A DNA stretch of 63,930 nucleotides, counting the filler, from Sandaracinaceae bacterium (GTDB lineage Bacteria; Myxococcota_A; Polyangia; Polyangiales; JADJQN01): assembly GCA_947483975.1 (NCBI GenBank). It is 3 parts of 3 records of this genome, joined end to end, with 100 filler letters (N's around TTAATTAATTAA, not from the genome) between each part and the next. Parts side by side here need not be neighbours in the genome. Positions count along the whole stretch, not along the records: positions 25,654 to 51,146 come from CANKOL010000030.1; 2 more parts are not named here. One strand, given 5' to 3'. A model generated the notes under the pieces. It was given only the letters and a program-made list of their open reading frames with translations. It was not told where the DNA came from and did no database searches. Both the position numbers and the translations under genes were made by a program. Shown one piece after another: positions 40,720-50,378 of the stretch; position 1 is the stretch's first letter, and each line of letters begins with the position of its first letter.

Positions 40720-41220
40720 GTGCGTCAATCCACTCTGTTCGTCGCTCTCATCGTCCTCTCGTTCGGCTGCTCCGAGCGGCACGCCGCGACGGACACGGAC
40801 TGGGGTGTGCCCATCGATGCGCGGGTCGATGACGGAGGCGCGTCGCTCGACGCCGCGTCGATGCCGGTCGACGCCGCGTCGATGCCGGTCGATGCCGCGT
40901 CCAGCGACGGCGCCGTGCTCGACGCAGGGCATGCGGGCGACGGTGGCGCGCTGACGGCCGAGTCCGTCTGCGCGGGGCTGTGTCCGGCGCTCTCCGTGTG
41001 CGCAGGTTCGACTCCCTCCGCGACGTGCACCGCAGATTGCTCGGCCGACCTCGCCGACTGCTCGGCTGCGCAACTCGAGTCGCTCGCCGCTTGCAACACG
41101 GCGGGCTGCGCGATGAGGGCGATGGCGCCGGCGATCGTCGAGTGTCTGACGATGGTCGCGTGCATCGGCACAGGTGCCCCGCCGCCGCCTCCGACGCCGG
41201 TGCCTATGCCCGGCAGCTGA
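40720..41220 (+). CDS. Small Cys-rich lipoprotein
   Basis: SFGC lipobox and 21-bp DAASMPV repeats. Confidence 0.65.
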   Translation: MRQSTLFVALIVLSFGCSERHAATDTDWGVPIDARVDDGGASLDAASMPVDAASMPVDAASSDGAVLDAGHAGDGGALTAESVCAGLCPALSVCAGSTPSATCTADCSADLADCSAAQLESLAACNTAGCAMRAMAPAIVECLTMVACIGTGAPPPPPTPVPMPGS

Positions 41221-41224
41221 GCGC

Positions 41225-42631
41225 GTGTCCCCGCTCGATTTTCTCTCGGCGTCAGCGCTCGAGCAGGCGCGCCTCGTGCGGAGCGGGCAGCTCTCGGCGG
41301 TGGCGCTGACGCGCGCGTATCTCGAGCGCCTCGAGCGCCTCGACGGACGCGTGAACGCGTTCGTGCAGGTGCTCTCGGGGCGCGCGCTACGGCACGCGCG
41401 CGGCAAGGACGACGAGGCGGTGCGGGCGCGGCGCGGCGGCACCGTGGACCGCCTGCCGCCGTTTCACGGCGTGCCCGTCGGCGTGAAGGATCTGAACCTC
41501 GTGCGCGGCACGTTCTCGCGCATGGGCTCGCGCGCGTTCAAATACTTCTGGTCGCCCGTCGACGACCAGATGACGGCGCAGCTGAGGCGCGGCGGCTTCG
41601 TCATCCTCGGCAAGCTCGCGACGGCTGAGCTCGGCGCGATGCCGGTGACGGAGACGGCGCTCCACGGCGCGACGCGCAATCCCTGGGACCTCGACGTGAC
41701 GCCGGGCGGCTCGAGCGGTGGCTCGGGCGCCGCCGTCGCCGCGGGGCTGCTGCCGATCGCGCAGGGGAGCGACGGCGCGGGCTCGATCCGCATCCCGGCG
41801 GCGTTCTGTCATTTGTATGGGCTCAAACCTTCGCGCGGCAGGCTCGCGCACCCGTATGGCCGGCCCGATCACACGGCGCTCGCGACGCCCGGTCCGGTCG
41901 CGCGCTCGGTCGAGGACGCGGCCGCGATGCTCGACGTGATGGCGGGCCTGACGGTGGGCGCGCCCCACTGGGCACCGCCGCCGCAGAGGCCTTATGGCGA
42001 GCTGCTGCACAGCGCGCCTCCGCGCCTGCGCGTCCGCTTCACGACGCGCTCGCCGGTCGTCGAGACGCACCCGGAGATCGCCGCAGGGGTTCGGCGCGTG
42101 GCGTCGGTGCTCGAGGCGCTCGGGCACGACGTCGAGGAGCGACCGCTGATGGACGCTACGGTCGCCGAGTTCCTCCCGCTCTGGCAGCACTTCATCTCGC
42201 GCCTGCCCGGCGTGCGTCGCGGGGCGCTGCAGCCCGTCACGCTCTGGCTCGCGGACGCGGGTCGCGAGCACCGCGATGAGGACGTGCACGCGCGGCAAGC
42301 CGCGCTCTCGCGGCGCGTGCTCGCGTGGTTCGGCGACGCCGACCTCTGGCTCACGCCGACGGTGCCCGTCCCGCCGCCCGTCATCGGCGCGTGGAGCGCG
42401 CTCTCGCCGGAGGACGCGTTCTTCGCCGCGGCGCAGCTCGGGGCGTTCACGGCGCTCTTCAACGTGAGCGGGCAGCCCGCCGCGAGCGTGCCCGTCGGGC
42501 TCACGAGCGAAGGGCTGCCGTTCGGCGCGCAGCTCGCGGGGCGCCCGCACGACGAGGCGACCGTCCTCGCCGTGTCGCGGCAGCTCGAGCTCGCGCTGCC
42601 GTGGGCGTCGCGCACGGCGCACCTCGACTGA
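41225..42631 (+). CDS. Amidase (amidase signature family)
   Basis: GVPVGVKD, GGSSGGSG, GSDGAGSIRIPA motifs. Confidence 0.93.
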   Translation: MSPLDFLSASALEQARLVRSGQLSAVALTRAYLERLERLDGRVNAFVQVLSGRALRHARGKDDEAVRARRGGTVDRLPPFHGVPVGVKDLNLVRGTFSRMGSRAFKYFWSPVDDQMTAQLRRGGFVILGKLATAELGAMPVTETALHGATRNPWDLDVTPGGSSGGSGAAVAAGLLPIAQGSDGAGSIRIPAAFCHLYGLKPSRGRLAHPYGRPDHTALATPGPVARSVEDAAAMLDVMAGLTVGAPHWAPPPQRPYGELLHSAPPRLRVRFTTRSPVVETHPEIAAGVRRVASVLEALGHDVEERPLMDATVAEFLPLWQHFISRLPGVRRGALQPVTLWLADAGREHRDEDVHARQAALSRRVLAWFGDADLWLTPTVPVPPPVIGAWSALSPEDAFFAAAQLGAFTALFNVSGQPAASVPVGLTSEGLPFGAQLAGRPHDEATVLAVSRQLELALPWASRTAHLD

Positions 42632-42706
42632 CTCACGCGGCGCGTCGCACCCTCGCGCGCTCCACGCACTTGCCGCGCGCGGCCGAGGGCCCCATCGTCT
42701 CGCGAC

Positions 42707-43879
42707 GTGCGCGTCGAGCTCTACGACAGTCTTGCGGGGATCGACCCCGGCGCGTGGGACGCGCTCACGGGCGACGACGATCCGTTCGTCGAGCACGGGT
42801 TTCTGCGCGCGCTCGAGACGAGCGGCTCCGTCGGCGGAGGGACGGGCTGGGAGCCCCTGCATGTGACCGTCTGGGACGAGCGCGACCTCGTCGCCGCGCT
42901 GCCGCTCTACGTCAAGACGCACTCCTACGGCGAGTACACGTTCGACTTCGCGTGGGCGAGCGCCGCGCAGCGCGCGCGCATTCCCTATTATCCGAAGCTC
43001 GTCTCGATGACGCCGTTCACGCCCGCGACGGGGCGGCGGCTCTTGCGCGCGGCGGGGCGTGACCCAAAGCCGCTCGTCGACGCGCTGCTCGCCGGCGTGC
43101 AGGCGGCGGCGGAGCAGGCGAGCGCGTCGGGCGCGCACTTGCTCTTCGTGCCGGAGGAGGACGTCGCGCTGCTCGCTCCGCACGAGACGCTGATGCCGCG
43201 GCTCACCTATCAGTTCCATTGGCACGCAGCGGGGGACCGCAGCTTCGAGGACTACCTCGCTCGATTCCGCGCCGAGGTGCGCAAGCAGGTGCGCAAAGAG
43301 CGCCGCAAGATCGTCGAGGGAGGGCTCGAGGTGCGCACGGTCGAGGGGCCGCAACTCACCGACGCCGAGTGGCTCGCGCTCGACGAGTTCTACCGCGACA
43401 CCTGCGCGCGCAAGGGCTCGGAGGCGTACCTCGCGGAGGGCTTCTTCGCGCACCTGCGCGGCAGTCGCTCGCTCGAGCGGGTCGTCGCGGTGCTCGCGTA
43501 CGACGGCGGTCGGCTCGTCGCGGGCACGCTCAATTTCGAGAAGGGACGGCACCTCTACGGCCGCTACTGGGGCTGCCTCGAGCAGTACGACTCGCTGCAC
43601 TTCGAACTCTGTTACTACCAGCTGATCGATCGCGCGATCGCGAAGGGGCACACGCGCTTCGAGGCGGGCGCGCAGGGCACGCACAAGATCAAGCGCGGGC
43701 TGGTGCCGTCGCCGATCCACAGCGTGCACTGGCTGCGCTCCGCGTCGCTCGCTGCGGCGGTGCGCGACTTTCTGCCGCGGGAGGCGCTCGCCGCGCGGCG
43801 CGAGATGGCGATCCTCGGGGAGCAGTCCCCGTTTCATCGCGGACCCGCGGACACCGCGCCCGAGCCGCGCGAGCGCTAG
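42707..43879 (+). CDS. FemAB-related GNAT protein (DUF482-like)
   Basis: HSYGEYTFD..WA, YYPKL..PFTPATG, LYGRYWG, LHFELCYY, EAGAQG motifs. Confidence 0.9.
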   Translation: MRVELYDSLAGIDPGAWDALTGDDDPFVEHGFLRALETSGSVGGGTGWEPLHVTVWDERDLVAALPLYVKTHSYGEYTFDFAWASAAQRARIPYYPKLVSMTPFTPATGRRLLRAAGRDPKPLVDALLAGVQAAAEQASASGAHLLFVPEEDVALLAPHETLMPRLTYQFHWHAAGDRSFEDYLARFRAEVRKQVRKERRKIVEGGLEVRTVEGPQLTDAEWLALDEFYRDTCARKGSEAYLAEGFFAHLRGSRSLERVVAVLAYDGGRLVAGTLNFEKGRHLYGRYWGCLEQYDSLHFELCYYQLIDRAIAKGHTRFEAGAQGTHKIKRGLVPSPIHSVHWLRSASLAAAVRDFLPREALAARREMAILGEQSPFHRGPADTAPEPRER

Positions 43880-43922
43880 CCGCGCGAGTCAGTCGGCCGC
43901 GTCAGGGTGCGACGCAGCAGGC

Positions 43923-44759
43923 TCAGTCGGCCGCGGGGGCGGGCGGCGGGACGAGCGGTTCGGTCGTGGGAGCGGTCGGCGCGGTGGGCGTCGCGCCGTA
44001 GCCGGGCGGCGCTGGGGGCACCCCGCTCGCGTCATCGTCTGCGTCGATGTCAGCGTCGTCGTCCGCGTCGTCTGCGGGCCGCGCGGGCTCGGCCCCTCCG
44101 AACATGAACGCCAAGCCGCCCTGATAGATCGTCACGGCCCCGACGGCGCCGTTCGTGACGTTGGCGTAGGCGTTGACCTCAGGGGCGATCCAGAACGCGC
44201 GCCCGATGCGGATGGGCACGCTGACGTACAGCCCTACGAGGAGCCCCTCGATCAGGAGCAGGTCGTCGCGGACGACGTCGCCGCTGCGAAATTGATAGCC
44301 GAACATTAGCTTCGGTCCGAACGAGAGCGTCACCCGATCGCTGATGTTCCAGCCCATCAAGAGCGGCAGATGCGCATAGAACGCGTTGAACGAGGTGCCC
44401 GCCTGATCGTCGAAGGACGCGTACGACACCGCGGGCGCGAGCGCGATGTCGAGCGGGCCGCGCAGGATCAGCCACTTCACGCCGCCCTCGATGCCGAGGG
44501 AGTAGAGCTTCACGCCGACGTCGACGCGATCGCTGAGCCCGTAGCGCGCGGAGACCTCGAACTGCGCCGAGCGCGGGCTCGGACCGGAGTCGTCGCTGAG
44601 CGCGCCGACGCCGCCCGCGAGCGCGGCGAAGCGCAGCTCACCCTCGGGCACCGTGCGCGGTACCTGGAGTGTGCTGAAGGAAGGGCAGCCGCCGCACGCG
44701 AGGGCAACAGCGAGTACGGGGAGCAGTCCTTCCCACGGGACGGCGTGGGCGGGCCTCAT
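43923..44759 (-). CDS. Putative outer-membrane beta-barrel lipoprotein
   Basis: GGC lipobox-like signal, amphipathic strands (RYGLSDRVDVG, IAPEVN), acidic/Pro tail. Confidence 0.6.
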   Translation of the reverse strand: MRPAHAVPWEGLLPVLAVALACGGCPSFSTLQVPRTVPEGELRFAALAGGVGALSDDSGPSPRSAQFEVSARYGLSDRVDVGVKLYSLGIEGGVKWLILRGPLDIALAPAVSYASFDDQAGTSFNAFYAHLPLLMGWNISDRVTLSFGPKLMFGYQFRSGDVVRDDLLLIEGLLVGLYVSVPIRIGRAFWIAPEVNAYANVTNGAVGAVTIYQGGLAFMFGGAEPARPADDADDDADIDADDDASGVPPAPPGYGATPTAPTAPTTEPLVPPPAPAAD

Positions 44760-44891
44760 GGGCGACGCTCCTAGCACGACGGCCGGATGCCGTCACCGAC
44801 CGCGCGGTCGCCAAGCGCAGATCCCTTGCCCAACCGCGCGGGGAACGCTACACGGGCTGCTGCGCGCCGTTTCGCGCGCTACGAGGAGGCG

Positions 44892-45224
44892 ATGATGGAC
44901 GACGGCAACAAGATCACGCGGCGCGACATGCTCGGGCGCAGCCTGCTCCTCGGAGCGGTGGCTACGGTCGGGACGAATCTCTTCTTGAGCGCCTGCGGCG
45001 GCTCGGCGGCGCTCGACTGCTCCGCGACCGCGGGGCTCTCGGCAGAGGACATCGCGACTCGCACGGGCAACCAGTACGCCGACGCGTCGACGGACCCGGC
45101 CAAGAAGTGCAGCGGCTGCAATTTCTTCACGGGCGCCGCGGCGGCGTGCGGAAGCTGCACGGTCGTCAAGGGCACGATCAACCCGGGCGGCAGCTGTCGC
45201 CTCTGGGTCGCCAAGCAGGCCTGA
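44892..45224 (+). CDS. High-potential iron-sulfur protein (HiPIP), Tat lipoprotein
   Basis: GAGGAGG RBS. TRRDML twin-Arg and LSAC. Y...KKCSGCNFF...C.VVKG.INP.GSC.LW. Confidence 0.88.
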   Translation: MMDDGNKITRRDMLGRSLLLGAVATVGTNLFLSACGGSAALDCSATAGLSAEDIATRTGNQYADASTDPAKKCSGCNFFTGAAAACGSCTVVKGTINPGGSCRLWVAKQA

Positions 45225-45341
45225 GTCGGGGGGCACGCGCGCTCTGCGCGTGCGCCTCGTGAGGAGCGCGCTCGAGGTCGCTGAGGCGACGTCGGGCGCG
45301 TTCTTCGTTTCAGGGTCGGAGCGTCTCAGGGTCGGAGCGTC

Positions 45342-46511
45342 TCAGGGTTGTAGGAGCGGGGCGAGCGCGCGGAGCGCCTCGTCGAGGTCGTCGGGAGGCA
45401 CGGCGGTGAAGCAGAGCCGCACGTGTCGGGGGAAGTCGCTGCCGCTCGCGCTGCCCGGGGTGAGCCACACGCCCGCGTCGAGCGCGCGCTCGAGGAAGGG
45501 CGCGCAGGTCTCCTCGCCGGGGCGCAGGTGCGCGCTCACGTCGACGAAGAGAAACGTGCCGCCCTCGGGAACGCGCACGCCGAGCGCTCGCGCCGCGCGG
45601 GTGCCCGCCTCGCGGTAGAGGGCGCGCGCCTCGTCGAGCCAAGCGTCGGCTTCACGCAGCCCTCGCGCGGCGCCGAGCTGAAACGGGCGCGGCGCGCAGT
45701 ACGTCGCGAACGTATTGACCGAGCGCAGCGCGCGCATCGCCTCCGCTGGGCCGTGCACGAAGCCGATGCGCGCCCCCGCGAAGCCGTAGCCCTTCGAGAG
45801 CGTGTGCACCGCGACGCTGCGCCCGCGGAAGTCCTCGCGCGCCCAAGCTGGCGCCGGCCGCGCGTCGCCGAGCCAGAGCTCCTCGTACGCCTCGTCGCAG
45901 AGCAGCCAGAGGTCGTGCCGCGCGGCGACGCGCGCCATCGCGGCGAGCGCCTCGGGCGGCAGGACGCGGCTCGTCGGGTTGTTCGGCGTGTTGACGTAGA
46001 GCGCCGCCGTGCGCGGCGTGACCGCGCGCTCGAGCGTCTCTTCGACGTCGAAGCCCGGCTCGTCGAGGCGCGTGAAGAGCGGCACCTGCACGGGCACCGC
46101 GCCGCGCGACGCGAAGATGCCCCGCGCGAGCGGCCAATAGGGCGAGGGCAGCAGGACCTCGTCGCCTGGATCGAGCAGCGTCTGCGCGATGACCGAGAGC
46201 CCGCTGGTGCCGCCGTTCGTCACCTGCACGAGCTCGCGGTCGATGGCGGCTCCGCTGCGCGCGCTCAGGCGCTCGACGATGGCGTCGAGCAGCACGGGCT
46301 CGCCCTGGACCGGCGCGTAGTTGTGCAGGCGTACGTGCTCGCTCGTGAGCTGCGCCTCGGCCCGCATCATGGCGGGCGGATCGAGGTAGGTGTCCCCGAC
46401 CTGCAGCGCGTAGATGCGCCCGCCGCGGGCGCGCGCGCGGGCGCCGAGGTCGCTGAAGATGCGGTCCGAGAGGCCGTCGGCGGTCGACGTCGTGCGGGGG
46501 AAGCGCGGCAT
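45342..46511 (-). CDS. PLP-dependent aminotransferase class I/II
   Basis: NTPNNPT, DEAY, TLSKGYGFAGARIG motifs. Confidence 0.92.
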   Translation of the reverse strand: MPRFPRTTSTADGLSDRIFSDLGARARARGGRIYALQVGDTYLDPPAMMRAEAQLTSEHVRLHNYAPVQGEPVLLDAIVERLSARSGAAIDRELVQVTNGGTSGLSVIAQTLLDPGDEVLLPSPYWPLARGIFASRGAVPVQVPLFTRLDEPGFDVEETLERAVTPRTAALYVNTPNNPTSRVLPPEALAAMARVAARHDLWLLCDEAYEELWLGDARPAPAWAREDFRGRSVAVHTLSKGYGFAGARIGFVHGPAEAMRALRSVNTFATYCAPRPFQLGAARGLREADAWLDEARALYREAGTRAARALGVRVPEGGTFLFVDVSAHLRPGEETCAPFLERALDAGVWLTPGSASGSDFPRHVRLCFTAVPPDDLDEALRALAPLLQP

Positions 46512-46579
46512 CCCCGTCGAGTATCGCGAAACGCTGCCGGATGACAGCGGCCATCGACCGCCTGTATCCTCGCGCCGCC

Positions 46580-47677
46580 ATGAACGACCGCACGAACGCT
46601 CGGAACTCCTCGCGCTCCTCCTCTGCTCGCAGCATCGCCGGCGCGACCGCGGCGCTGCTGCTCGTCGCCCCGCTGCTGCTCGTCGCCGGCTGCGGCTCGA
46701 AGGAGGAGGCTGCCCCGCCTCCGCAGGACATCGTCGGGATCCTCGAGCTTCCCGTCGCGCATCGCGGCTCGCCCGCCGCGCCGACGGGCGCCGCGCGCAT
46801 CGAGATCGGGCAGAGCGAGCTGCGCCTCGACGGGCACTCCATCGCGATCCTCGCGACGGGCGCGCTCGCGGCAGGCGATGTGACGAACTTCGCGATCCCG
46901 AAGCTGCGCACGGCGCTGACGGGCGGGCGCGCGACGGCGGTCCTCTACGTGCACTCGGCGACGCCCTACGCGACGACGCTCGCGGTGCTCAAGACGCTGC
47001 GCGAGTCGGGAGTGCGCAACGCGGTCTTCGCCGTGCGCCGCGTCGCGCCTGCGCCGACGAAGGGCGCGCCGCCCCCCGGGCCGACGCTGACCGCGTCGTT
47101 CCTGGAGCTTCGGGATTTTCAGGTCATCCCGGAGACCGAGGGAGAGGTCGCATTTCCGAGCGTCGCGCCCCTCGCCTGGTCTGAGGTCGGCGCGCAGTGG
47201 GACGCGGTCAAGGCCGCGTGCGGCATGTCGGACACGGCCGACTGCATGTGGAAGCCCGACTCGATCGCCGTCGGCGGCAACGCGAAGATCACGCTCCGCT
47301 CGCGCGGCGACGGAGTGAAGGTCGAGTTCCTGCAAGTCGGCGCGCCGATCGCAGAGGCGCCGGCCGCCGCCGTCGCCATGATCCCTGGCGTGCCCGCGGC
47401 CGCGGCGCCCCTCGCCCCCGGCGCAGCGCCTGGCCCCGGCGAAGAGATCCCGCCGCCGCCCGCCACGGAAGCGTCGTTCACGCTGCGCTCAGGCACGACG
47501 ATCGAGCCCGAGTCACCCATCAGCGCGATGATGCGCAACGTCTGCGGCTCGCGCGCGTGCGGCGTCGTCGTCGTCTCCGACCGCGAGCAGATGACGATGC
47601 GCGTGCTCTCGCTGATCGGCGCGGCGTTCCCGGAGGGCAGCGCCCCGCCGAGCGTCGCCTTCCAGCTTCCGCGCTGA
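46580..47677 (+). CDS. Hypothetical lipoprotein with ExbD/TolR-like periplasmic segments
   Basis: VAGC lipobox. LYVHSATPYATTLAVLKTLRESG resembles the ExbD C-terminal fold. Confidence 0.55.
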   Translation: MNDRTNARNSSRSSSARSIAGATAALLLVAPLLLVAGCGSKEEAAPPPQDIVGILELPVAHRGSPAAPTGAARIEIGQSELRLDGHSIAILATGALAAGDVTNFAIPKLRTALTGGRATAVLYVHSATPYATTLAVLKTLRESGVRNAVFAVRRVAPAPTKGAPPPGPTLTASFLELRDFQVIPETEGEVAFPSVAPLAWSEVGAQWDAVKAACGMSDTADCMWKPDSIAVGGNAKITLRSRGDGVKVEFLQVGAPIAEAPAAAVAMIPGVPAAAAPLAPGAAPGPGEEIPPPPATEASFTLRSGTTIEPESPISAMMRNVCGSRACGVVVVSDREQMTMRVLSLIGAAFPEGSAPPSVAFQLPR

Positions 47678-47698
47678 AGCGCGCGTCGAGTCGGGCGC

Positions 47699-47725
47699 GA
47701 GGGGCGGGCTCGAGCGCCGCCCCTC
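47699..47725. terminator. GC-rich hairpin between convergent genes
   Basis: GAGGGGCGG-N9-CCGCCCCTC perfect 9-bp stem. No U-tract. Confidence 0.5.
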
Positions 47726-47733
47726 CGTGACGC

Positions 47734-49674
47734 TCAGCGCCGCCGACGCAGCCCGAGCGCGAGGAGCCCGAGCAGCGCTGCGAAGAGCCGCCACGCCGTG
47801 CCGCCGTTGGTGCTCGCGACGCGGCAGCCGCAGGCGCCCGTGTCCTTCGGCGCGATGTGGGTCGGGATGCCAGCGTCGGGCCGGACCGTCGGCCCGCCAT
47901 CGTCTGTCGGCGAGGACGGCACGCAGGTCCCGGCGAGGCAGCGCTCGCCATCTCCGCACACGACGCCGCTGCACGGATCGGGCACGCACACGCCGTCGCG
48001 GCAGAGCTGCTCCGCGGGGCAGGTCACGCCGTCACACGCGCTGAAGCAGACGCCGTCGCGGCAGACATCACTGCCCGTGCAGCGCACGCTCGCGCAGCGA
48101 TCGGGCACGCACTCGCCGCCCGTGCACCACTGCCCGACGGGGCAGGTCACGCCGGCGCACGCGTCGACGCACGCGCCGGCGGTGCACGTCTCGCTCGCCG
48201 CGCAGGTCGCGCTCTCGCAGCCCGGATCGACGCAGAGCCCCGCCGTCGGAGTCCCCGTGCGCGCGTCGCACGCGCGACCCGTCGGGCAGAGCGGCGCCGC
48301 GAGCTCGGTGCAGTTGCACGACGGGCCGCAGAGCGTCGTCGCGCCGGGCGTGCCGGCGAGGCAGACCTGGTTCGTCGGGCAGACGACGCCGAGACACGGA
48401 TCGAGGCACGCGCCTCCGCTGCACACGCGGCCTGCGGGGCACACGGCGCCTTCGCAAGGAGCGACGCACGCCCCGGCGCGGCAGAGCGTCCCCGCCGCGC
48501 ACGCGACGCTGAGGCAGGCGGCCTCGACGCAGGTGCTGTCGCTCGCGCACGCGAAGCCCGACGCGCAGCCGCCTTCGAAGCACGCGGTCTGACAGAGCCC
48601 CGTCGCCGTCGAGCAGATCGTGCCGGTGGGGCACGTCTCCATCGGGCGGCAGTCGAGGTCGCGCGTCGCGCCGCAGGGCTCGAAGGCGCCGGGGTGCACG
48701 CTCGCGTCGGTGTCGTCGCAGTCATCGCCGCCGCAGGACGCGGCGCGGTGCCCGTCGCCATCGGCGTCGATGCAGATGGCGGTGTTGTCCTCGTTGAGCC
48801 CCGCGACCGCGTCGAGCTCGTCCTCGCTCGAGTCGTAGACGCACTCGGGGCCGGGGTTGCCGTTGTTGCCGCCCTGGATCGCGATGTAGCGGAACGTGAT
48901 GCCGCAGGGCAGCGCCCACACCGTCGCGAGCGCGTCGGCGACGGCTTCGCCGCCCGAGTTGTCGCGCAGATGCGTCGCGAGGTCGCCGCGCCCAGCCTCG
49001 CCTGCGCCGCTCGCGGTCGCGTTGCGCGTCCAGCCCTGCGTGAACGCGCGGATCAGGCGCGCGGGGTTCCACTTGCTCGCGTCGGGCGCGGACTCCGGCG
49101 CCATCTCGGTCGCGTCGGGGTTGTTCGAGAGCCACACGGTGTACTCGAACGCCTCACAGGGCAGCGGCGCGTGATCGGTGATCGGGAACAGCACGACGCG
49201 GTTCGCCTCGCCGCCGAGGTCCATCAGGCGCCCGCGCCAGGGGTAGTAGAAGCCGCCTGTGCCGTCGGCGACGCCCGTGCCCGAGTCGTCGGTGCGCACG
49301 ACCTGCGTCCAGTACCAGTCGAGCGAATTGGCATACATCCCGATGTCCTCGCCGGGCGTCGCGGCGTGGCAGGTGTAGCCGCTGAGGATCGTCGGCGTGT
49401 GCGTGTTGCCGATGCAGCCGTTGACGCCGCGGAGGTACGTCGCGAAGTGGAGCTGCGGTGCGAAGAGCCCATCGCTCGTCGTGAAGATGTCGTCGACGAC
49501 GCCGTCGGCGCGCGCCGCGCGAATCACGTTGAGGCAAGCCTCGCCCGTCGCGTCGATGCACGTCGCCGTCTGGGCGCGCGCGGGCGTCGCGTCGAGGGAG
49601 AGCGCTCCGACGAGCGAGGTCAGGGCGACGAGGGACGCGAGCGTGGCGCGCGAGGGAGGAAGGAAGCAGCGCAT
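47734..49674 (-). CDS. Surface protein: N-terminal globular domain, MopE-like repeat, Cys repeats, MYXO-CTERM
   Basis: Signal peptide (ARA-Q). DADGDGH...DCDD...VHPGA.E.C. Many C..V.C repeats. C-terminal ACGC + TM + RRRR. Confidence 0.8.
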   Translation of the reverse strand: MRCFLPPSRATLASLVALTSLVGALSLDATPARAQTATCIDATGEACLNVIRAARADGVVDDIFTTSDGLFAPQLHFATYLRGVNGCIGNTHTPTILSGYTCHAATPGEDIGMYANSLDWYWTQVVRTDDSGTGVADGTGGFYYPWRGRLMDLGGEANRVVLFPITDHAPLPCEAFEYTVWLSNNPDATEMAPESAPDASKWNPARLIRAFTQGWTRNATASGAGEAGRGDLATHLRDNSGGEAVADALATVWALPCGITFRYIAIQGGNNGNPGPECVYDSSEDELDAVAGLNEDNTAICIDADGDGHRAASCGGDDCDDTDASVHPGAFEPCGATRDLDCRPMETCPTGTICSTATGLCQTACFEGGCASGFACASDSTCVEAACLSVACAAGTLCRAGACVAPCEGAVCPAGRVCSGGACLDPCLGVVCPTNQVCLAGTPGATTLCGPSCNCTELAAPLCPTGRACDARTGTPTAGLCVDPGCESATCAASETCTAGACVDACAGVTCPVGQWCTGGECVPDRCASVRCTGSDVCRDGVCFSACDGVTCPAEQLCRDGVCVPDPCSGVVCGDGERCLAGTCVPSSPTDDGGPTVRPDAGIPTHIAPKDTGACGCRVASTNGGTAWRLFAALLGLLALGLRRRR

Positions 49675-49777
49675 GCGGGGACTCCGGCGGCCGCGCGACG
49701 GCGCGGCGAATCGACGAGAGTACCGCACTCGAGCGGAGCACGGGGCAGCGGAGGCGCGCGCAGGTGCACAGCGAGCG

Positions 49778-50254
49778 TCAGCGCAGGGCGCCGAGCGAGC
49801 TCGACAGCGGACGCAGCGCGCCGTGGACGGCGGCTGCGAGGGCGGCACGCTCGAGCGACGCTGCGTCAGCTCCGCGGGCGCCTGCGCGACCCGACAACAT
49901 CATGCGAATCGACCCGCCGCGCGCCTCGGACACGATCAGCGAGACCTCGCAGCGCACTTGCACGTCGGGACCTGTGGAGGCGCGGTCGAGGCGCGTGATG
50001 GAGCCGCGCACGACGTAGCGGGCGCGGCTCGTCTCGGCGAGGCGCAGGCTCGGCAAGCGCCCGATCTCGCGCACGAGCGCGTCGTGCAGCGCGTCCGCGT
50101 CACCCGGTGAAGACGTCTGCGCGGCGGTCTCGCCGACGGCGACGATGGAGGTCCGCGGACTCTCCGCGAACACGGGCAGCGCCGGCGCGCAGGTCTGCAA
50201 AAACGCGACGGTGGCCGTGAGCAGCCACGTCGCGAGCGTTCGGGCTCGCAGCAT
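49778..50254 (-). CDS. Hypothetical secreted protein
   Basis: GAGGAGG RBS upstream of ATG 50254 and a signal peptide. Confidence 0.65.
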   Translation of the reverse strand: MLRARTLATWLLTATVAFLQTCAPALPVFAESPRTSIVAVGETAAQTSSPGDADALHDALVREIGRLPSLRLAETSRARYVVRGSITRLDRASTGPDVQVRCEVSLIVSEARGGSIRMMLSGRAGARGADAASLERAALAAAVHGALRPLSSSLGALR

Positions 50255-50378
50255 CGAAGTACCTCCTCGGGGACCGCGTCGAGAGCTGACCGCAGTGCGC
50301 CCACGTTCCACCTATCAAAGGGGCGGTCGCGTGGTCAAAATCCCTGCGAAGAAAGCTGGCGCGGCGTCGCGCCTGCGG

